The position numbers and the translations under genes were made by a program. Shown piece after piece: positions 57,986 to 64,000 of a stretch of 64,000 nucleotides of DNA. Origin of the DNA: an uncultured bacterium (lineage in GTDB: Bacteria; Abyssobacteria; SURF-5); assembly GCA_964453435.1 (NCBI GenBank), contig CAYVQZ010000003.1:24690-88689 (forward strand), written 5' to 3'. Position 1 is the first letter of the stretch, and each line of letters begins with the position of its first letter. Under the pieces are notes generated by a model. It saw nothing but the letters and a program-made list of their open reading frames with translations. It was not told where the DNA came from and searched no databases.

Positions 57986-59523
57986 CCGAGTATTTCGAGT
58001 TTTTTCTATCCCGTTCGCCGGAAATCGCCTGGCTCACGGTCGAGCACATACGGATAACCCTGGTCTCGGTGGCGCTGGCGGTGCTGCTCGGCGTGCCGAC
58101 CGGAATCATCCTCGTGAGAATCCGGCGGCTGGCCACGCCTGTCATTGGGGCGACGAGCGTAATCCAGACGATTCCGAGCCTCGCCCTTCTCGGTTTCATG
58201 ATTCCCTTGCTCGGAATCGGCGTCAAACCGGCCATCGTGGCGCTGTTTCTTTACGCTCTGCTGCCAATAGTCAGAAACACATATACGGGGGTCGACCAGG
58301 TGGACCCGGCGCTGATAGAGGCCGGCATCGGGATGGGAATGACGAACCGTCAAATGCTGCGGAGGGTGCAAATTCCGCTTTCATTGCCCGTGATAATGGC
58401 GGGAGTCAGAACCTCGACAGTCATCAATGTGGGCGTAGCCACGCTGTGCGCGCTCATCGGCGCCGGCGGGCTTGGCGAGCTTATCTTCCGCGGAATCGCG
58501 ATGGTGAACAGCCAGATGATTATTGCGGGAGCCCTGCCGGCCGCCCTCTTGGCGCTCGTTTTCGACGGAGTACTCGGACTCATCGAGAAAGGGCTCATGG
58601 CGAGGAAACGCTTTTCGCCGAAGCTCCTGGCGGGTGTCGGTTTCTCGAGCTTGCTCTTCCTCGCGGCTCTTATCCCGTCCGAGTACGCGAAAAAAGATGC
58701 GCGGAAAATCACAATCGGGTCCAAGGAATTCACCGAACAAATTATCCTGGGTGAGATCATGGCCCAGTTGATTGAATCAAACACCGACGTGTCCGTGACC
58801 AGAAAGTTCGGACTGGGCGGCACTATGGTCTGTTTCAACGCCTTGACAAATGGCGACATCGACGTGTATCCCGAATACACCGGCACCGGCTTGACGGCGA
58901 TCCTGGCCCGGCAGGCAATCTCGGACCCGAAAGAGGTGTTTCGTATCGTAAGCGAGGAGTTCGAGCGCGAATACAACCTGGTCTGGCTGAGTCCGTTCGG
59001 TTTTAACAACACGTATGCGCTCGCCATGAGAGAACAACACGCCGAAAAGCTCGGAATCGAGAAAATAAGCGATTTGGCCGGGCATGGGCAAAGACTGCGG
59101 CCGGGCTTCACCCAGGAATTCCTCGAACGGCCCGACGGGTATCCGGGCCTCAGGCGGCATTACGGTCTGGCCTTCGCCCGCGAACCCAAGGGAATGGACC
59201 CCGGAATCATGTATATCGCGCTCAGGGAAAGAGATGTCGATCTTATTTGTGCATTCGCCACGGACGGGCGCATTCCGGCTTTCAACTTGCGGGTTCTCGA
59301 GGATGACAAGCACTATTTTCCTCCGTATTATGCAGCCCCCCTCGTGCGCGGGGAGACGCTTGCTCGCATCCCCGAACTGAGCGGCGTTTTGGGCAAGCTG
59401 GCCGGCCTCATCGACGACGCAAAGATGGCCGAACTGAATTATGAGGTGGACGAGCAGGGACGGTCGCCCGAGGCGGTCGCTTCCGCCTTTCTCCAAGAGG
59501 CGGGGTTGACCACAAACGGATGA
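57982..59523 (+). CDS. Fused ABC permease plus substrate-binding protein (OpuCB-OpuCC-like) for quaternary ammonium compatible solutes.
   Basis: The N-terminal roughly 210 aa is a BPD-type permease with the EAA loop IEAGIGMGMTNRQMLRRVQIPLSLP. The C-terminal roughly 300 aa is an OpuAC-type binding domain (DIDVYPEYTGTG). Confidence 0.85.
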   Translation: MTEYFEFFLSRSPEIAWLTVEHIRITLVSVALAVLLGVPTGIILVRIRRLATPVIGATSVIQTIPSLALLGFMIPLLGIGVKPAIVALFLYALLPIVRNTYTGVDQVDPALIEAGIGMGMTNRQMLRRVQIPLSLPVIMAGVRTSTVINVGVATLCALIGAGGLGELIFRGIAMVNSQMIIAGALPAALLALVFDGVLGLIEKGLMARKRFSPKLLAGVGFSSLLFLAALIPSEYAKKDARKITIGSKEFTEQIILGEIMAQLIESNTDVSVTRKFGLGGTMVCFNALTNGDIDVYPEYTGTGLTAILARQAISDPKEVFRIVSEEFEREYNLVWLSPFGFNNTYALAMREQHAEKLGIEKISDLAGHGQRLRPGFTQEFLERPDGYPGLRRHYGLAFAREPKGMDPGIMYIALRERDVDLICAFATDGRIPAFNLRVLEDDKHYFPPYYAAPLVRGETLARIPELSGVLGKLAGLIDDAKMAELNYEVDEQGRSPEAVASAFLQEAGLTTNG

Positions 59524-59560
59524 ACGGTGAACGTACTTTGCAGACGGAAAGGAGTTGCAG

Positions 59561-61051
59561 ATGAGCGGCATCATAGCGATATATGGTCCCGACGCGGAGA
59601 ACGAGAAGGAACTCGCCGAAGAAATGCTTTCGAGAATAAGGCATCGCGGGCCGAGTTTCGCCAATATCTTTTCTGACACCGGCGTAATCCTGGGTTTTGT
59701 GGGAAAAGGAACGCCTTCGGAATCCTCCGGTTTGCCGTATCGGGACAAGAACGGCTCTCAGGCGGTTACATGTGACGCCGAGATATACAATGCCGACACG
59801 CTTCTGTCGGCCTCGCAAACGGATGCGTCCTTCGAAGCCAACAGCGCACGGGCAATCGTGAATGCGTATAAGCAGGACGGCGAAACCTTTGTGAGGAATC
59901 TCGACGGCCAGTTCAGTTTCGTCCTTTTCGACAACGGCGACCTTGTCGCGGCGCGGGACCCTCTCGGTGTCATTCCCCTTTATACTGCTGAACGAGACGG
60001 ACTGAAATTATTCTCATCGGAACTGAAATGCCTGAGCGGGCTGGCATCGAACATACAAGAATTTCCCCCGGGAAGGCTATTCCATTCCCGGTCGGGTTTC
60101 CGCCGATATTGCAGCCTGGAGCCGGAAATCTCGGAGAATCAATCCGTTGATTCGCTGTGCGCACAATTGAGGGAGTTGCTCGAGGTTGCGGTTCGAAAGC
60201 GGCTGGAGTGCTGCGACAAGAAAAAAGGAGTGTTCTTGAGCGGAGGGGTGGACAGCAGCGTTATCGCGGCGGTGGTGAGCAAGTTCCTGCCGGGAGTCGA
60301 TTCCTTCACCGTCGGCATGGAGAACGGCGAAGATGTTCCGAATGCCCGACTCGTGGCAAAGCATTTGGGGACGAATTCCCATGTACATATTTTTGAGATC
60401 GCTGAGGTTCTCGAAGTCCTTCCGAAGGTACTATATCACCTCGAATCGTTCGACGCGCCGCTGGTGCGCAGCGCGACCGCAAACTACATAGCGAGTGGTA
60501 TGGCGTCACAGGTTGTCGACACGATATTAATCGGGGAAGGCGGAGATGAGAACTTCGGAGGGTACCATCATGTGAAAAGGTTCAAATCGCCCGAAGAACA
60601 GCAGAAAGAGTTCATAAACCTTATGTTGGCTCTTCACAACATGGGCTTCATGAGAACCGACCGAATGAACTGGGCGCATTCCTTAAATGTGAGAGCACCG
60701 TTTTTCGACTCGGCGGTCGTGAACCTGGCCATGAGCATTCATCCCAAGCTGAAACTGTACGGTGATGAACAAATCGAGAAATGGATTTTGCGGAAAGCGT
60801 TCGAAGACTATCTTCCCGAGGAGGTCGTCTGGCGTCCCAAGAAGCAGTTTGCGCGCGGCTCCGGCTCCGATGACCTTCTCACGCGACATGCGGAAAGCGA
60901 AATCAGCGATTCGGACTTCGACAATGGCAAAAGACGTTACCCCGACATCGAGTTCCGCTGGAAAGAGGAATGGTGGTACTTCACGATTTTCAGGGAGCGC
61001 TTCGGCGACGACCCCTCAACGCTGTCCACGGTGGGCCGCTGGTACGAGTAG
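59561..61051 (+). CDS. Asparagine synthetase (glutamine-hydrolysing)-like amidotransferase, paralog 1, with Ser instead of the catalytic Cys at position 1.
   Basis: The start is ATG at 59561, with GGAG 6 nt upstream. The ORF track's TTG at 59555 is rejected. The protein begins MSGIIAIYG, where class II GATases begin MCG. Asn-synthetase PP-loop is SGGVDSS. Confidence 0.8.
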   Translation: MSGIIAIYGPDAENEKELAEEMLSRIRHRGPSFANIFSDTGVILGFVGKGTPSESSGLPYRDKNGSQAVTCDAEIYNADTLLSASQTDASFEANSARAIVNAYKQDGETFVRNLDGQFSFVLFDNGDLVAARDPLGVIPLYTAERDGLKLFSSELKCLSGLASNIQEFPPGRLFHSRSGFRRYCSLEPEISENQSVDSLCAQLRELLEVAVRKRLECCDKKKGVFLSGGVDSSVIAAVVSKFLPGVDSFTVGMENGEDVPNARLVAKHLGTNSHVHIFEIAEVLEVLPKVLYHLESFDAPLVRSATANYIASGMASQVVDTILIGEGGDENFGGYHHVKRFKSPEEQQKEFINLMLALHNMGFMRTDRMNWAHSLNVRAPFFDSAVVNLAMSIHPKLKLYGDEQIEKWILRKAFEDYLPEEVVWRPKKQFARGSGSDDLLTRHAESEISDSDFDNGKRRYPDIEFRWKEEWWYFTIFRERFGDDPSTLSTVGRWYE

Positions 61052-61204
61052 CATGTGGCCGGTGGGCGCAGCATGAGTGGCAACGAGAGTGTTCAAATCG
61101 TCGCGACAAGAATTCATCATAATCACGAATCATAAATACGGCAGGCCGCGCCGACAGTTGACGGAGGGGCCCGCAGTTCGCCGATTGGAAAGGAGCATCG
61201 AACA

Positions 61205-62686
61205 GTGTGTGGAATAGCAGGAGTATGGGGCGAAGAGAATCCTTATCTTGTCCGGAAAATGTTGTCGAAGCTCACGCACCGGGGCCCGGACGATGAGGGA
61301 ATACATTGCGACCACAACATCACGCTCGGGCACACCCGGTTGTCGATTATCGATGTTCAGAGGGGACGCCAGCCCTTGTTCAACGAAGACAAGAGTATCG
61401 TTCTGGTCTGCAACGGCGAGATATACAATCACAATGCCCTCCGCAACGAATTGGCGCACCACACGTTTCAAACGCGCAGCGACTCCGAAGTGATACTCCA
61501 CCTGTACGAGGACCTGGGTCCCGCGTGCGTTGAAAAACTGGACGGCATGTTCAGTTTCGTGCTCTGCGACGGCGCCGACATGATGGTTGCGCGCGATCCT
61601 CTCGGCATCAAGCCGCTCTACTACAGCGAGCATCTCGGCCGGTGGTATTTCGCTTCGGAAATCAAGGCTGTGATGGGGCTTGTCGAGGATATTGCGGAAT
61701 TCCCGAACGGTCACTATTACTATTCTCCTTCCGGTTTCCACAGGTACTATTCATTGCCGCGCCACCCACCGAAAATCGCCGATGTCGATGAGGCCGTTGT
61801 CGGCGTGAGAAAACTGTTTGAGAAGGCGGTCGTCAAGCGACTCATGGCGGATGTTCCGCTGGGAGTCTTGCTGAGCGGCGGATTAGACAGCAGCCTGGTG
61901 AGCGCCGTCGCCTCGAAACACAAGAAGAATATGAATTCTTTCAGCGTAGGCGTTGAAGGAAGCGCCGACATCGAGGCCGCCCGGCTCATGGCCGACTTTC
62001 TGGATGTCAACCATCATGAATATGTCTACACGATAGACGAGATGCTCGATATCCTGCCGACCGTCATCTATTATCTCGAATCGTACGACGCGCCGCTGGT
62101 GCGAAGCGCGATACCCACGTATTTCGTGTCGAGACTCGCGCGTCGGTATGTGAAGGTCATTCTCAGCGGCGAGGGCTCGGACGAACTGTTCAGCGGATAC
62201 CACTATTACAAGAAGTGTCCGGAAGATTTGCTTCATGACGAACTCGTGCGGAGCGTTGACGGTTTGCACAATATCAATCTGCAGCGCCTGGACCGCCTGT
62301 CCATGGCTCACTCGCTAGAAGCGCGCGTGCCGTTTCTCGACATCGACTTCGTGGAATATGCGTTGCAGCTCAGCGCTTCCTTGAAGATCGACCGGCAAAC
62401 CGGTACCGAGAAATGGATTCTGAGAAAAGCCTTCGAGGGGGTGCTTCCCGATGAGATCGTGTGGAGAGTGAAGACACAATTCGCGAAGGGCTGCGGCTCC
62501 GCCGGGCTGATTGAAAATCATGTGGAAAACCTTATTTCTGACAGGGAATACCGGGAAACGCTCGAGATGGACCCGCATTGCCGCGCGCGTTCCAAGGAAG
62601 AGTTGTTCTACTACCGAATGTTCAAGGAACACTTCGGCAACGAAAGTGTGGTAAAATCGGTCGGCCGTTGGGAAGAGATTTATTAG
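61205..62686 (+). CDS. Asparagine synthetase (glutamine-hydrolysing)-like amidotransferase, paralog 2, with canonical Cys1.
   Basis: GTG start giving MCGIAGVWG. PP-loop is SGGLDSS. GGAG lies 9 nt upstream. Confidence 0.85.
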   Translation: MCGIAGVWGEENPYLVRKMLSKLTHRGPDDEGIHCDHNITLGHTRLSIIDVQRGRQPLFNEDKSIVLVCNGEIYNHNALRNELAHHTFQTRSDSEVILHLYEDLGPACVEKLDGMFSFVLCDGADMMVARDPLGIKPLYYSEHLGRWYFASEIKAVMGLVEDIAEFPNGHYYYSPSGFHRYYSLPRHPPKIADVDEAVVGVRKLFEKAVVKRLMADVPLGVLLSGGLDSSLVSAVASKHKKNMNSFSVGVEGSADIEAARLMADFLDVNHHEYVYTIDEMLDILPTVIYYLESYDAPLVRSAIPTYFVSRLARRYVKVILSGEGSDELFSGYHYYKKCPEDLLHDELVRSVDGLHNINLQRLDRLSMAHSLEARVPFLDIDFVEYALQLSASLKIDRQTGTEKWILRKAFEGVLPDEIVWRVKTQFAKGCGSAGLIENHVENLISDREYRETLEMDPHCRARSKEELFYYRMFKEHFGNESVVKSVGRWEEIY

Positions 62687-62738
62687 CTTTTAACATGGCC
62701 TTTCGAGCGGATGTCCGCACCCCGAATGATAGACGTCA

Positions 62739-63638
62739 GTGATTGAATCTCACATTATGGCTTACATCGTCATTGTATCCGCTGTCGGCGTCATCGTGAT
62801 TTGGTGGCTGCGCCGAACCATAACCATGGTCGAGGAGCAGCGGCGGAAGCGACTGCAAACGCTGAATCGCTTCGACGCAGCCGTGCACACGGAATCTCCG
62901 CATGAGAATCCCCTCATCCAGGCGCGCAAGCTGGCGCTCGAAAGCCTCAGCAGCCGCTTCAGTATTCTCAGGCGTTTGCTCATTCCGGCGGTCTTCCTGC
63001 TCTGGCTCGTCGCGCTCGCTTACCCCTTCCTCGGGAACGTGCCTGCAAACGTCGTGTCGCTCATGGTGGCGGCCGCCACGGTGATCGTCGGTATCGCCGC
63101 GAAACCCTATGTCGAGAATCTTATCTCCGGAATCGTCATATCGTTTTCGCGCCTTGTGCGCATCGGCGACACCCTGCTGATTGATGGCAATTATGGAACC
63201 GTCGAAGACATCACCATCACGCACACGCTCGTGAAGATATGGGACTGGAGACGGTACATCATTCCGAACTCGCGCATGCTCGAAAAAGAATTCATCAATT
63301 ACTCCATCGTCGACACATACCAGTGGGCGTACGTCGAGTTCTGGGTGGATCATGACGCGGACATCGAGCGGGTCCGGGAGATTGCCGTACGGGCCGCGTC
63401 CTCGAGCGACCATTTCGCAAATTATGAGGCTCCCCGGTTCTGGCTCATGGAGATGGGCAAAGAGGGAATAAAGTGCTGGGTGGCGGCATGGGCGCAATCG
63501 CCCGCAGACGCCTGGCTGCTCAAAAACGAGATTCGCACCGAACTGGTTCGAGAATTGGCACAGGCCGGAATTCGGACCCATACCTATCGGATAGATGGCT
63601 TGGAGGCTTTGAAGGACACTATGGAACCGCGGAAGTGA
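62739..63638 (+). CDS. MscS-family mechanosensitive channel paralog, a shorter form.
   Basis: IVGIAAKPYVENLISGIVISFSRLVRIGDTLLIDGNYGTVEDITITHTLVKIWD is homologous to the pore and beta-domain of the channel at 46642-47700. Confidence 0.7.
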   Translation: MIESHIMAYIVIVSAVGVIVIWWLRRTITMVEEQRRKRLQTLNRFDAAVHTESPHENPLIQARKLALESLSSRFSILRRLLIPAVFLLWLVALAYPFLGNVPANVVSLMVAAATVIVGIAAKPYVENLISGIVISFSRLVRIGDTLLIDGNYGTVEDITITHTLVKIWDWRRYIIPNSRMLEKEFINYSIVDTYQWAYVEFWVDHDADIERVREIAVRAASSSDHFANYEAPRFWLMEMGKEGIKCWVAAWAQSPADAWLLKNEIRTELVRELAQAGIRTHTYRIDGLEALKDTMEPRK

Positions 63639-63639
63639 C

Positions 63640-63860
63640 CGTGAATCTGTCCGACAATTATGAATGTCAGCGAAAACGAGCGCAGGGTGCTGTACCCAAT
63701 TTCGGAATCGCCCCGTCCTTCAGCGTAGGGGACTGTCCCGGATTTACGGGCACGAAGGCGCCGTAGAATCGGGACTGTCCCCGGAGCGACCCGCTTTCCT
63801 TCGCTGAGCGGAGCGACGTCCCGCGCATTCGCGGGATAGATCGGCGGACTGCCCCCGAAG
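63640..63860. repeat. Second locus of the GGGAC-T-GTCCC palindromic repeat family.
   Basis: Perfect palindrome GGGACTGTCCC at 63729-63739 and again at 63771-63781. Degenerate copies at 63641 (GTGAATCTGTCC) and 63846 (GGCGGACTGCCCCCG). These share a core with the 19318-19447 cluster. Confidence 0.5.
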
Positions 63861-64000
63861 CGCAGGACATGGAATTATCGGACGGACTCACCGTGCGGGT
63901 TTTCCGATTCCATTCACGGCCTTCGGCAAAGGCGTCCTTTTCCCCGGATGAGAGCGATACAGAAGAGCGCGGCGCAGATTCATCTGGCCGTTCTCTTTTT

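Noticed and set aside
59555-59560. TTG at 59555 proposed by the ORF track as start of the first AsnB-like gene (MQMSG...).
   Set aside because: Class II amidotransferases need the nucleophile directly after the initiator Met. An ATG at 59561 is preceded by GGAG at optimal spacing, so the two extra codons are not accepted.
1-64000. CRISPR arrays, tRNA or rRNA genes, IS elements and prophage genes.
   Set aside because: No short-period direct repeat arrays and no tRNA-like cloverleaf candidates were seen. No transposase, integrase or phage structural protein motifs appear in any frame.

Overview
Six-frame ORFs, domain motifs and DNA repeats were read by eye in this 64 kb, roughly 55% GC window; the source organism cannot be named. 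Nothing in it is rRNA, tRNA, CRISPR, transposase or phage-like, so it looks like chromosomal DNA from an uncultivated bacterium. Coding density is about 90%, and the genes fall into four blocks. (1) 1-16.6 kb is a glycan assembly and decoration locus. It holds three GT4 glycosyltransferases and one GT2, each with a C-terminal coiled-coil tail, plus an NAD-dependent sugar epimerase. It also holds four paralogous membrane-anchored sulfatase-family proteins of about 750 aa, resembling OpgB, LtaS and EptA, in which the sulfatase Cys-x-Pro-x-Arg motif is replaced by Thr-x-Pro-x-His. Three of the four are tandem, and paralogs 3 and 4 share near-identical DNA tracts indicating gene conversion. (2) 16.7-30.5 kb carries housekeeping and miscellaneous genes: rluB-like, scpB, a type I-beta DAHP synthase, and a four-gene minus-strand set of SAM methyltransferase, FAD oxidoreductase, DUF362 and a glycerophosphodiester phosphodiesterase. 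It continues with pyrG, a B12-binding radical SAM protein, and a GH38 alpha-mannosidase translationally coupled to a rhomboid protease. (3) 30.5-46.5 kb is a 16 kb minus-strand alpha-glucan and trehalose supercluster: glgE, a treS-pep2 fusion, glgB, treZ, a GH57 enzyme, treY and malQ. (4) 46.6-63.6 kb is the most unusual part and is bracketed by two inverted MscS paralogs. It starts with a sigma-54 enhancer-binding protein whose receiver domain has Glu at the phospho-acceptor position and no canonical start codon. A candidate sigma-54 promoter follows, then a plus-strand run of ten genes. These are a pseudo-receiver, a corrinoid protein, a standalone MetH-type AdoMet reactivation domain, two pyrrolysine-free MttB-family methyltransferases, a pterin-binding methylcorrinoid:THF methyltransferase and an unusual two-domain SAM methyltransferase. 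An OpuC-type ABC importer follows, with a CBS-domain ATPase and a fused permease plus substrate-binding protein. An asparagine-synthetase-like gene with Ser in place of the catalytic Cys1 ends the run; a second, canonical copy sits 153 nt downstream in the same orientation and may belong to the same operon. The system reads as a disassembled methionine-synthase-like quaternary-amine demethylation and osmolyte module that does not appear to have been characterised in this arrangement. A palindromic GGGAC-T-GTCCC repeat family occurs in two intergenic regions. Start codons of several genes are ambiguous and are noted.
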